A stretch of 64,000 nucleotides of DNA from positions 1,031,806 to 1,095,805 of the forward strand of contig OZ253576.1 of NCBI GenBank assembly GCA_965262985.1. Reading direction: 5' to 3'. Under the pieces are notes generated by a model. The model had not been told where the DNA came from. It searched no databases and was given only the letters and a program-made list of their open reading frames with translations. Source of the DNA: Vicinamibacterales bacterium (GTDB taxonomy: Bacteria > Acidobacteriota > Vicinamibacteria > Vicinamibacterales > UBA8438). Below, one piece after another: positions 9,649 through 20,517 of the stretch. Position 1 is the stretch's first letter; every line of letters begins with the position of its first letter. The translations under genes and the position numbers were made by a program.

Positions 9649-10884
9649 TCAACGGTCGCCGGACAGGCGGCTGGTTGACCGCAGGGCGCGGTGCGCGCTG
9701 GACGTGCGCCGCTGCTCCTGCAGACGGGCCAGGTCGTCCCGCCGTTGTTGCAGCAGCGCTCCCTCGCGTTTGAGCCCACGGTAGTGCTCGACCCGCCGCG
9801 TCGCCAGCGTGCCGCGTTCGGCCGCGGCGCGTACCGCGCAGCCCGGTTCCCGGTCGTGCCCGCAGTCGCGGAAGCGGCAGTCGGTCGCCAGGGTCTCGAT
9901 GTCGTCAAACGTCTCGTCCAGCGACTCGGCGCTGTCCCAGAGCTGCAGTTCGCGCATGCCGGGGGTGTCGATGAGCAATGCCCCGGCCGGCATGACGATG
10001 AGTTCTCGCTGTGTCGTGGTGTGACGTCCGCGGCCGTCGCGTGATCGGATGGCGCGGGTGCGCTGGCGGTCGGCGCCGAGCAGGCGGTTGATGATGGTCG
10101 ACTTGCCGACACCGGACGAGCCGAGCAGCGCGACCGTGCGGCCCGCTGCGAGGTGGGACTGCAGCGCATCGAGCCCGATGTTCCGCTGGCAACTGACGAG
10201 GTGAATCGGCACACCGGGCGCCGCCGCCGCGGTGGCGGCGCGGGCCGCCTCGGGATCGGGGCAGACGTCCGCCTTGTTCAGCACGATGACGGCCTCGGCG
10301 CCGCTCTCCCGAATGGCGACGAGGTAGCGCTCGATGCGCGGCACGTTGAAATCGTTATCGAGTCCGCACACCAGGAACACGGTGTCGATGTTGGCCGCCA
10401 CGATCTGCCGTCTGGTGGGTTCGCCCGCCGCCTTGCGGGAAAACGTGGTCCGGCGCGGCAGCACTGCTTCGATGGTGGCCTTCCGTTCCGTCAGACTCGG
10501 TCTCATCGCCACCCAGTCGCCCACCACCGGGATCGCGTCGGGGCTGCCGGACTGGTGGCGGTGGCGGCCCGACACCTCGGCCAGCACCTCGCCATCCACG
10601 CCCAGCAGTTGATACAGATAGTTGTGGGCCACGGTCACCCGGGCCGGGTGCAGGCCGTCGCGTGCATGCGGTTCGAACCGCTCGGCGAACCAGGCGTTCC
10701 AGCCAAGCGTTGCGAGATCGATCTGATCGGGGTCTTCTGCGGGCGTGCGATGTCGCGGAGGCGTCCGCGTGCGCCCGTTCCTGGCAGCTCGTGGCGAAAG
10801 CCCCGCTGCATTCGACCGGCCATGCGGTCGCAAATTTCCCAATTTGCTCCCTGTCCCGTCTGAACTGCGTTGCTCCTCGGTCAC
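9649..10884 (-). CDS. rsgA: Ribosome small subunit-dependent GTPase A (true start uncertain; upstream starts lie inside a repeat element)
   Basis: VGDWV, AANID, LNKAD, GSSGVGKST, GRHTTT, IDTPGMREL, CRFRDCGH.EPGC zinc motif. Confidence 0.93.
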   Translation of the reverse strand: MTEEQRSSDGTGSKLGNLRPHGRSNAAGLSPRAARNGRTRTPPRHRTPAEDPDQIDLATLGWNAWFAERFEPHARDGLHPARVTVAHNYLYQLLGVDGEVLAEVSGRHRHQSGSPDAIPVVGDWVAMRPSLTERKATIEAVLPRRTTFSRKAAGEPTRRQIVAANIDTVFLVCGLDNDFNVPRIERYLVAIRESGAEAVIVLNKADVCPDPEAARAATAAAAPGVPIHLVSCQRNIGLDALQSHLAAGRTVALLGSSGVGKSTIINRLLGADRQRTRAIRSRDGRGRHTTTQRELIVMPAGALLIDTPGMRELQLWDSAESLDETFDDIETLATDCRFRDCGHDREPGCAVRAAAERGTLATRRVEHYRGLKREGALLQQRRDDLARLQEQRRTSSAHRALRSTSRLSGDR

Positions 10885-10974
10885 AAATGCCCCAATTTGC
10901 TCCCTCGTCGCGCCTTGTCAGCCGGGCGCCTGACCGGTCTCGGTGCGACGCGGGGTTTCACCACGGACTGCTAG
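10781..10974. mobile_element. MITE-like modular repeat, copy A
   Basis: Imperfect terminal inverted repeats (ctggcagctcgtggcgaaagccccgc ... gcggggtttcaccacggactgctag). Internal module shared with the copy at 33229. Confidence 0.8.
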
Positions 10975-11214
10975 TCACTCGCGGGGTTCGCCGGTATGGC
11001 GCGTCACGCTCGTCACGCTGCCCATCAGAAACTGCAGCCTGACGCGGTCGCCCGGCTTGAGCCCGTGGTCGACCGCCTCGGGGCCCACCCGGGCCACGCG
11101 CACCTGGCCATCCGGATAGTCGGGGTCGCTGAAGGACAGGTCCCAGGAGATCTGACCGTGGATACTGATGGGCTGCACTTTCCGCAAGATGGCGGCGCGG
11201 CTGCCTTTGAGCAT
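10975..11214 (-). CDS. Small hypothetical protein (79 aa)
   Basis: GC3-biased codons. Fills the gap after dinB. TAAGAT -10-like box 6 nt before ATG. Confidence 0.7.
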   Translation of the reverse strand: MLKGSRAAILRKVQPISIHGQISWDLSFSDPDYPDGQVRVARVGPEAVDHGLKPGDRVRLQFLMGSVTSVTRHTGEPRE

Positions 11215-11258
11215 GCAGACATCTTACCTTACCGCAGAGGGTGTCCCCGTATCGGCCG

Positions 11259-12344
11259 TCACAGCGGCAACGTTGCGTTCGTGGGCTCGCCGCCGGTGTC
11301 ATCGTCCCCGCACAGGTTGTGCAGGCTGACGCCCAGCAGCCGCACCGGGCGGGCGCCGGCCTCCGTGCGGTCGAGCAGCCGTACGGCGCGGGCGGCGATA
11401 CGGTCCGCGTCGCGGGCGCCGAGCCGTTCGCTGTGACTGCGCGTCGTGGTCGTGAAATCCGAGTAGCGCACCTTCAGGGTCACCGTCCGGGCGCGCAACC
11501 GCTTGCGCGCCAGCCAGTCGGCGCCGCGTCGCGCCATGCGCTCCACCTCGGCGCGAATCGCGTCCAACTCGGTGAGATCGCGGGCGTACGTGTTCTCCGA
11601 CCCGCACGACTTGGCGGCGCGGTGCGGTGTCACCGGCCGGTCGTCGATCCCGTGCGCCAGGCGCCTCAGCCAGTCGGCTTGGTGGCCCACCGTATGTTTG
11701 AGCGCGCGAGGTTCGACAGTCCGGACGTCGACAAGTCGCGTGATGCCGGCCGCGCGGAGCCGTCTGGCGGTGACCGGACCGACGCCCCAGAGCGCCTCGA
11801 CCGGCAACTTCTGCAGGAACGCCTCCACACGCTGCGTCGGTATGACGGTGAGACCGTCCGGCTTGTCCCAATCGGACGCGATCTTGGCGAGAAACTTGTT
11901 GGGGGCGGCCCCGGCCGAGACCGTCAGCCGCGTTGCCTCCTTGATCTGCCGCTTGAGCCGTTTCGCCACGGTGGTGGCCAGCGGCTCGCCCCAGCGGTTC
12001 TCGGTGACGTCGAGATATGCCTCATCGAGCGACAGCGGCTCGACGAGCGGCGTGACCGCGCGATACATCTCGAACACGTCGGACGACACCTGCCGGTAGC
12101 GGCCGATATCCGGTTTGACGATGACCAGATCGGGACAGAGGCGGACCGCCTTGGCCATCGCCATGGCTGATCGCACCCCGAAGGCACGCGCTTCGTAACT
12201 GGCCGCCGCCACCACGCCGCGGCCCTCCGGACGGCCGCCCACGGCCACCGGTTTCCCGCGCAACGCCGGGTCGTCGCGTTGCTCGACCGAGGCATAGAAC
12301 GCATCCATGTCAAGGTGCAGAATGCGCCGGACGGGGGAGTCCAC
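11259..12344 (-). CDS. dinB: DNA polymerase IV
   Basis: ILHLDMDAFYASVE, SYEARAFGVRSAM, SLDEAYLD, AKIASDWDKPDG, little-finger RLLGV. Confidence 0.96.
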   Translation of the reverse strand: MDSPVRRILHLDMDAFYASVEQRDDPALRGKPVAVGGRPEGRGVVAAASYEARAFGVRSAMAMAKAVRLCPDLVIVKPDIGRYRQVSSDVFEMYRAVTPLVEPLSLDEAYLDVTENRWGEPLATTVAKRLKRQIKEATRLTVSAGAAPNKFLAKIASDWDKPDGLTVIPTQRVEAFLQKLPVEALWGVGPVTARRLRAAGITRLVDVRTVEPRALKHTVGHQADWLRRLAHGIDDRPVTPHRAAKSCGSENTYARDLTELDAIRAEVERMARRGADWLARKRLRARTVTLKVRYSDFTTTTRSHSERLGARDADRIAARAVRLLDRTEAGARPVRLLGVSLHNLCGDDDTGGEPTNATLPL

Positions 12345-12407
12345 GGCGACAGTCTACCGCCGTCGTTGTACTCCGGCAGTGGCGACGCACGCCGGCCAGT
12401 GGTGCCT

Positions 12408-12423
12408 GGGTACACCGTTTGCC
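12408..12423 (+). promoter_or_regulatory. Possible sigma-54 (-24/-12) promoter
   Basis: gGGTACaccgtTTGCc: GG-N10-GC spacing, close to the TGGCAC-N5-TTGC consensus. Confidence 0.35.
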
Positions 12424-12675
12424 TTTCCATGGTGTGCTCCCATACTCAATCTCTCCAGGAACACACTCTTACGTTCGCCCTGGTCCGGTGTACTGGGTGC
12501 GGAACAGCGGGTGGTCCCGATAGCGTATCGCGGGGGTGGGCGACGTGACGGCGTGGGCGGAAGACGATTGCACGGTCCATCTCACCCGTCCACCTGCGGA
12601 GTGCAGGTAAGGTAGGCTAACGGTTTGCCGGTGCGTCAGGTTGCCGGTGCGTCAGGCGCGGAAGGGCAGTTCCAG

Positions 12676-14493
12676 ATGGCGGACAACACACTGCAGAAGA
12701 AGAAAAAAGCGTTCGTGACAGCGGGGGCCTGGGTCGAGGCGAAGGCGCTCGTGCACCGCCACCGCTACCGGCTGATGCTCGGCATGGCGTTGATGCTCGT
12801 CAGCCGTCTGGCCGGCCTGGTGTTGCCCTGGATGTCGGGCTATGTCATCGACGACGTCATCGCGCCGGGGCGGACCGACCTGCTGGTGCCGCTGGCGCTC
12901 GTTGCGGCGGCCGCCACCCTGGTGCAGTCGAGCACCGGGTTCGCCCTGTCGCAGGTGCTGGGCGTGGCTGCGCAGCGTGCCATTACCGAGATGCGCAAGC
13001 GGGTGCAGCGGCATGTGACCCGCCTGCCGGTCAGCTACTTCGATTCGACCAAGACCGGCGTGTTGATCTCGCGGGTCATGACCGACGCCGAGGGCATTCG
13101 GAACCTCGTCGGGACCGGGCTGGCGCAACTGGTCGGGGGGGTCGTCACGGCCACCGTCGGGACCGGCGTGCTGTTCTATCTGAACTGGCGGTTGACCAGC
13201 GTGACCCTGGTGATCCTGATCGGCTTCGGCGTGGTCCTGGCGAAGGCGTTCTCGAGGCTGCGCCCGCTGTTTCGCGAGCGCGGCAAGATCAACGCCGAGG
13301 TGACCGGCCGGTTGGCCGAGACGCTGGGCGGTGTGCGCATCGTCAAGGCGTACAGCGTCGAGAAGCGTGAGCAACTGGTGTTCGCGCGCGGCGCCCACCG
13401 ACTGCTCCGCAACGTGGCGAAGACCGTCACCGGCGTGTCGGCGACGACGTCGGCGGCGTCGCTCGCGGTCGGCTTGATCGGCGCCTTGATCATCGTGATG
13501 GGGGGCCAGGCGATCATCTCCGGCGAGTGGACGGTCGGCTATCTGCTGCGCTATCTCATGTTCACCGCTGTTGTGGTGGCGCCGGTCGTCTCGATGGCGT
13601 CGATCGGCACACAGATCACCGAGGCGTTCGCCGGTCTCGATCGCATCCAGGAGATTCTCGGCACCCCGACCGAGATCGACGAAGACGCCGGGCGCGCCCC
13701 AATCGACGAGGTGCACGGCGACATCGAGCTCGAGCGGGTGACGTTTGCCTACACCGAGGGTGTGCCGGTGTTGCGGGACGTGTCGTTGACCGCTCCAGCC
13801 GGCGCCACCATCGCGCTGGTAGGGTCGAGCGGGTCCGGCAAGAGCACGCTGGTCAGCCTGGTCATGGCGTTCAACCGTCCACAGACCGGCCGGGTGCTGG
13901 TGGATGGCCGCGATCTGTCGACCATCAAGCTGGCCGACTTTCGTCGGCAACTGGGGGTCGTGCTGCAGGAGAACTTCCTGTTCGACGGGTCGATCGCGTC
14001 CAACATCAGCTTCGCGCGGCGTCACGCCACCCGCGCCGACATCGAGGCGGTGAGCCGTCTCGCCCACTGCGACGAGTTCATCCGCGGCTTTCCGGATGGC
14101 TACGACACGATCGTCGGCGAGCGGGGGGTCAAGCTGTCGGGCGGGCAGCGGCAGCGCGTCGCCATTGCGCGCGCGATTCTGGCCGACCCCCGCATTTTGA
14201 TTCTGGACGAGGCCACATCGAGCCTCGACAGCGAGAGCGAGGCGCTGATTCAGGACGGGTTGCGGGCGCTGCGCCGGGGGCGGACCACGTTCGTCATCGC
14301 CCACCGGCTGTCGACCATTCAGAGCTCCGATCAGATCGTCGTCATCGAGCACGGGCAGATCGTCGAGCGGGGCACGCACGCCGATCTGCTGGCGGCGGCG
14401 GGACGCTACCGCGAGCTGTACGACACCCAGTATCGTTTCGAGCAGGACCGCTTCATCAACCCCGGTGAGGACTTCACGCCGGAGCCCGAGTAG
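12676..14493 (+). CDS. ABC exporter, fused permease/ATP-binding (MsbA/MdlB-like)
   Basis: N-terminal TM helices, GSSGSGKST, LSGGQRQR, ILDEATS, IAHRLST. Confidence 0.93.
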   Translation: MADNTLQKKKKAFVTAGAWVEAKALVHRHRYRLMLGMALMLVSRLAGLVLPWMSGYVIDDVIAPGRTDLLVPLALVAAAATLVQSSTGFALSQVLGVAAQRAITEMRKRVQRHVTRLPVSYFDSTKTGVLISRVMTDAEGIRNLVGTGLAQLVGGVVTATVGTGVLFYLNWRLTSVTLVILIGFGVVLAKAFSRLRPLFRERGKINAEVTGRLAETLGGVRIVKAYSVEKREQLVFARGAHRLLRNVAKTVTGVSATTSAASLAVGLIGALIIVMGGQAIISGEWTVGYLLRYLMFTAVVVAPVVSMASIGTQITEAFAGLDRIQEILGTPTEIDEDAGRAPIDEVHGDIELERVTFAYTEGVPVLRDVSLTAPAGATIALVGSSGSGKSTLVSLVMAFNRPQTGRVLVDGRDLSTIKLADFRRQLGVVLQENFLFDGSIASNISFARRHATRADIEAVSRLAHCDEFIRGFPDGYDTIVGERGVKLSGGQRQRVAIARAILADPRILILDEATSSLDSESEALIQDGLRALRRGRTTFVIAHRLSTIQSSDQIVVIEHGQIVERGTHADLLAAAGRYRELYDTQYRFEQDRFINPGEDFTPEPE

Positions 14494-14533
14494 GTGGAAG
14501 TGTCGAGGTAGGACCGGATATTGTGAGAGGGGC

Positions 14534-14599
14534 GCAGCGTGAAACCGCAGAATTCTGCGGGGATCGAAGGCAGCGGGGCTTTCGCCACGGGCTGCCTGG
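14534..14599. mobile_element. MITE-like modular repeat, partial copy B (one terminus plus gcagaattc module)
   Basis: gcagcgtgaaaccgcagaattctgcggggatcgaaggcagcggggctttcgccacgggctgcc matches the end of copy F. Confidence 0.75.
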
Positions 14600-14696
14600 A
14601 CAGGCTATTCTGAGAGACGTGCAGCGCAAATGGCGCGGCGGGTGCCGGACGTCGCCAGTCGGCGGACGCGGCCGGCCGGTGCGATAGAGTACAGCC

Positions 14697-15419
14697 ATGG
14701 GCAGATGGATGGGGACAGGGGCGTGGCTCGCGACGGCCGCCGCGGCGGCCGGGATGCTCGTGCCCGCCGCCGGCGCGGTGCTCGAAGGCGAAGTGCAGGC
14801 GACCGGCAGAATCACCGGGGTCGTCACCATGGATGACCCGCCGCCGCCGGGCACGGTCGCGGTCACCTCCGATCAGGCGGACTGCGGTGACAGCGTGCCC
14901 AACGAGGAGATCATCGCCGACGCCGATGGACATGTCGCCAACGCCGTCGTGCGGGTGACCGGCGTGCCGTGGCCGGACGGCGTGCCCCCGCCGCGGATCG
15001 ACAACGTCGGGTGTCTGTTCGTCCCGCACGTGCAGATTGCGCCGACGCGCAGCGCGTTGCTAGTGACCAGCCAGGACGACGTGCTGCACTCGACCCACTC
15101 GTACGACGACCGCGAGCGCACCGGCTTCAACGTCGCCCTGCCGTTCGCCGGTATGGAGGTCGACCGGCCGCTGCGCCGTCCCGGGGTGGTGCGTATCGAG
15201 TGCGATTCGCACTCCTGGATGCGCGGCTGGATCGTGGTGAGCAACGACCTCGGCGCCGTCAGCGGGACCGATGGCATGTTCACGATCGAGGGCGTGCCGG
15301 CCGGCACGCACGAGCTCACGATCTGGCACGAACGACTGGGCGCCGCGCCGCGGTCGGTCACCGTCGCCGCCGGACGGACGACCGAGGTGGAGTTCACGCT
15401 GGAACCGCCCCAGGGCTAG
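14697..15419 (+). CDS. Secreted carboxypeptidase-regulatory-like / cupredoxin-like protein
   Basis: Signal peptide, GCLFVPHV, D..LH, CDSHSWM, DGMFTIEGVPAGTHELTIWHE. Confidence 0.8.
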   Translation: MGRWMGTGAWLATAAAAAGMLVPAAGAVLEGEVQATGRITGVVTMDDPPPPGTVAVTSDQADCGDSVPNEEIIADADGHVANAVVRVTGVPWPDGVPPPRIDNVGCLFVPHVQIAPTRSALLVTSQDDVLHSTHSYDDRERTGFNVALPFAGMEVDRPLRRPGVVRIECDSHSWMRGWIVVSNDLGAVSGTDGMFTIEGVPAGTHELTIWHERLGAAPRSVTVAAGRTTEVEFTLEPPQG

Positions 15420-15526
15420 CCGTCCGATGGCCGGTGGGGTGTGACGCGGTCGAGACGGACATTCGTGGCGCGACGGGGCCGGCGGCGCGGGCCTCGGCCT
15501 GCGTCCGACCGCGGGAGATGAGTTGC

Positions 15527-17203
<1,677 letters not shown>

Positions 17204-17209
17204 CTGGCG

Positions 17210-19243
17210 CTACGCCGGAGACGCGTGCGTCGCGGGCCGTCCCAGGTGCATCACGATCGCGGCGATGAAGAGCGCGGCGCCGATGAGGTCGGTCATCGTC
17301 GTGGCGTAGAACAGCAGCAGTCCGCCGGCGACCGCAAGAGTTCGTTCCACCATGGTCGCTTCCTGCCGCAGCCAGCCGCCGAGTCCCATCGCGAGCGCCA
17401 GGACGCCGGCAATCGCCGTCGACACGGTCTTCAGGATGTCGCCGGCCGGCGCCTGCAACAGCACCCCCAGTCCTTCCGGGCTCAGCGTGAACGCGAACGG
17501 CACCAGGAACGCCGGCAGGGTGTACTTCCAGGTCAGCATCATCGTCTTGAACGGATTGGCGCCGGTGATCGCGGCCGCTGCGAACGGGGACAGGGCGGTC
17601 GGGGGACTGACCTCTGAAAGCACCGCGTAGTAGAAGATGAACATGTGCGCCGCCACCTCCGGCACACCCACGTTGGTGAGGGCGGGCGCGATCATGACGG
17701 CCGCGATGATGTAGGAGGCGGTCACCGGCACCGCCAGCCCGAGCATCCAGACGGCCAGCGCGGCGTAGACCACCGTGAGGAACAGGTTGCCGCCCGCGAG
17801 GTCAACGATGATGTTGGAGATCTTGAGCCCCAGCCCCGTCAGCGTCACCACGCCGACGATGACGCCCGCCGTGGCCGTGGTGGCCGCCACCGCCAGCACC
17901 GCCCGCCCGCCGGTCTCGAGCGCGGTCACCAGCCGCTTCGGTCGCAACGCCGTCTCGCGTCTGATGAAACTGAGCGCGATGGCCCCCATCGTGGCGTAGA
18001 AGACGGCGCGGAACGGGGTCATGCCCGAGACGAGGAGCACGACAAGCGCGATCAGCGGCAGAAAGTGATACCCCGAGCGGCGCGTCAATGCGCCGACGGA
18101 CGGCAGGTCGACGGCGACCGCTTTCGTGCCGAGCCGCCGCGCATCCGCCTCGATCATCAGCACGATCGACAGGTAATAGAGGACAGCCGGCACGATCGCC
18201 ATCGCGATCACCTGCAGGTAGCTGATCTGCAGGAACTCCACGATAATGAAGGCTGCGGCTCCCATGGTGGGCGGGGCCATGATGGCGCCGATGCCGCTGG
18301 CCGAGAGAATGCCGGCGCCCACCTCCGGCGTGAACCCGGCGCGGCGCAGCATCGGCCAGGCCACCGCGCCCAGCGTGACGGTGGTGGCGACGCCGCTGCC
18401 GGAGACGGTGCCGAGCAGGAACCCCGACATCGTGACGGTGCGTCCCGGGCCGGCGCCGCTCGCGGACCGTCCGAAGGCCGACATGGTCCAGGTGATGAAG
18501 AACTGCCCGGCGCCCGAGTGCTGCAGCATCGCGCCGAAGATGGTGAACAGCACGATGTAGGTGGCGGCCACGCGCAGCGGCACGCCGAAGATGCCTTCCA
18601 GGGTCATGTAGAGGGTGCCCATGAGACGCGCCAGCGAGTAGCCCCGGTGCGCGAAGATCTCGAGTCCCAGCAGTTCGAGATACGGGCCGTAGTAGCCATA
18701 CAGCAGGAAGACAACGGCGGTGATTGGCAGAATCCAGCCGACGGTGCGGCGGGTGGCCTCGAGGACGAGCAGGGTGGTGACGGCGCCGAAGGCGATGTCG
18801 AGCCCGCTCGGAGTCGCCGCGCGGCGCACGAAGTTGTCGAAATCGACAATCGGCCACAGCAGCACGAGAATCGAGACGCCGGCCAGCGCCCAGTCCAGGG
18901 CGGCCACCCGGCCCCGCCCCGAGGGCGCCGCCGGGTACAGCACGAACGTCAACACCAGGGCGACCAGCAGGAAGCTGACCCGGTAGATCTGGGGCTGCAC
19001 GATACCCACGACCCAGTACAGCGCATACAGGGACAGCCCGGCGGCCAGCACCGTGACAAGCCGGTGCGGGAATCCGGTCAGCCGCCGGGTCGGGACTTCG
19101 GCGTCCGGGTCGTCCAGGGCATCGGCCGGCGGGACAGGCAGGTTCTCCAGCGGTGGTCCTCGATTCGATACGGTCTCACGCGGTTGGCAGCCCGCGGCAC
19201 AAGCCCCGCTGCATGCGGATGGCGCGACGCGGAGTTTTACCAC
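17210..19243 (-). CDS. TRAP transporter fused 4TM/12TM permease (TAXI type); start may be near 19150
   Basis: Many TM helices, EGIFGVP, SGSGVAT, PPTMGAAAF, HMFIFYYAVLSEVSPP. Confidence 0.92.
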   Translation of the reverse strand: MVKLRVAPSACSGACAAGCQPRETVSNRGPPLENLPVPPADALDDPDAEVPTRRLTGFPHRLVTVLAAGLSLYALYWVVGIVQPQIYRVSFLLVALVLTFVLYPAAPSGRGRVAALDWALAGVSILVLLWPIVDFDNFVRRAATPSGLDIAFGAVTTLLVLEATRRTVGWILPITAVVFLLYGYYGPYLELLGLEIFAHRGYSLARLMGTLYMTLEGIFGVPLRVAATYIVLFTIFGAMLQHSGAGQFFITWTMSAFGRSASGAGPGRTVTMSGFLLGTVSGSGVATTVTLGAVAWPMLRRAGFTPEVGAGILSASGIGAIMAPPTMGAAAFIIVEFLQISYLQVIAMAIVPAVLYYLSIVLMIEADARRLGTKAVAVDLPSVGALTRRSGYHFLPLIALVVLLVSGMTPFRAVFYATMGAIALSFIRRETALRPKRLVTALETGGRAVLAVAATTATAGVIVGVVTLTGLGLKISNIIVDLAGGNLFLTVVYAALAVWMLGLAVPVTASYIIAAVMIAPALTNVGVPEVAAHMFIFYYAVLSEVSPPTALSPFAAAAITGANPFKTMMLTWKYTLPAFLVPFAFTLSPEGLGVLLQAPAGDILKTVSTAIAGVLALAMGLGGWLRQEATMVERTLAVAGGLLLFYATTMTDLIGAALFIAAIVMHLGRPATHASPA

Positions 19244-19281
19244 GAACTGCCGGGCAGGCGTGCACCCGCGTCGGTTCGGAC

Positions 19282-20325
19282 CTATTCGCCGCCCGGCCAG
19301 ACGTTGCGTTCACGGTAGTAGCGGATGGCGCCCGCGTGAAACGGCACGGTCGACCCGACCACCGCGCTGTCGAGCGTCAGCTTGGCCGCCTCCGGGTGCA
19401 CCGCCGACAGCTCGTCATGATGCTCGAAGAGCGCCTGTGTGATGCGGTACGCCAGATCCTCGGTCATCTGTTCGTGCGCGACCAGGACGTTGGCGACTCC
19501 GATCACCTCGACGTCGCCGCTCATGCCGGGGTAGGTGATGCGAGGAATCGTCACGGCGTGGTAGACCTCGTCGCCGTAGTGCTCGTGCAGGAACGGCAGC
19601 GTGTCGGTGTTCGGCACCAGCTTCACCGTGCGGCCCGGAGTCGACGCCAGATCGAGGACCGAGCCGGTCGGCACCCCGCCGCTCCAGAAGAACGCGTCGA
19701 TCTTGTCGTCTTTCAGCGCGTCGACCGATTGCGCGGCACCCAGATTCTGCCGCCGGATGTCGGCGTCGGGATTCAGGCCGGCCGCCTCCAGCACCCGCAG
19801 CGCGGTGATCTCCGTGCCGCTGCCGGGCGCGCCGGTCGAGATGATCCGGTCGCGCAGGTCGGCGACCGTCTCGATGCCCTTGCCCTCGAGCGTCACGAGC
19901 TGGTTCAGATTGTCGTAAAGCACGGCGATCGCGCGTGCCGGCACGGTGCCGAAGTCGGCGAAGGCGCCGCGTCCCCCCGCGGCGTCGTCCAGCGAATCGG
20001 CCAGCGCAAAGGCGAGGTCGGCACCCTCGTTCGCGAGGAACTTCAGGTTGTCCACCGTGCCGGCGGTCACCTCAGCCGTCGCCTCCACCCCCTCGACGTG
20101 GTCGCTGATGACCTGCGCCACGCCGCCGCCGTAGGGGTAGTAGACGCCGCCGGTACCGCCGGTGGCCACCGAGATCCGCTGCGTCAGACCACCGGCGCCC
20201 TGCGGGCCGCAGGCCGCCGCGACCGCGACCGCCGACACCAGCGCGACAACTCCCGTCCGCAGAGCCGGGGGAATGAGATCGAGACGGTTCGGGTCTCCCG
20301 ACCCGGTGCTGAGACGCTTCATCAT
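19282..20325 (-). CDS. TAXI family TRAP solute-binding lipoprotein
   Basis: ATGGTGGVYYPYG, GAPGSGT, PFHAGAIRYY. Lipobox-like AAAC. Confidence 0.92.
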   Translation of the reverse strand: MMKRLSTGSGDPNRLDLIPPALRTGVVALVSAVAVAAACGPQGAGGLTQRISVATGGTGGVYYPYGGGVAQVISDHVEGVEATAEVTAGTVDNLKFLANEGADLAFALADSLDDAAGGRGAFADFGTVPARAIAVLYDNLNQLVTLEGKGIETVADLRDRIISTGAPGSGTEITALRVLEAAGLNPDADIRRQNLGAAQSVDALKDDKIDAFFWSGGVPTGSVLDLASTPGRTVKLVPNTDTLPFLHEHYGDEVYHAVTIPRITYPGMSGDVEVIGVANVLVAHEQMTEDLAYRITQALFEHHDELSAVHPEAAKLTLDSAVVGSTVPFHAGAIRYYRERNVWPGGE

Positions 20326-20416
20326 CAGATTCACTCCAGGCGCTGTCCCGCGAACCCTCATTCTATCCCTTGCAGCCCGCGGTCCGATCCGTCCCGTCAT
20401 CGATGACGTGGGCACA

Positions 20417-20483
20417 TGCAGCCCGTGGCAGAAGCCCCGCGGTATTCGACCGGCGCGGCGCCAGATTCAACCACGGGTTGCTA
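20417..20483. mobile_element. MITE-like modular repeat, minimal copy C (termini only)
   Basis: gcagcccgtggcagaagccccgc ... ttcaaccacgggttgcta inverted termini, no internal modules. Confidence 0.65.
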
Positions 20484-20517
20484 TGATACGCGGAGAACCG
20501 CCCGGGCGCCTTTCCGA

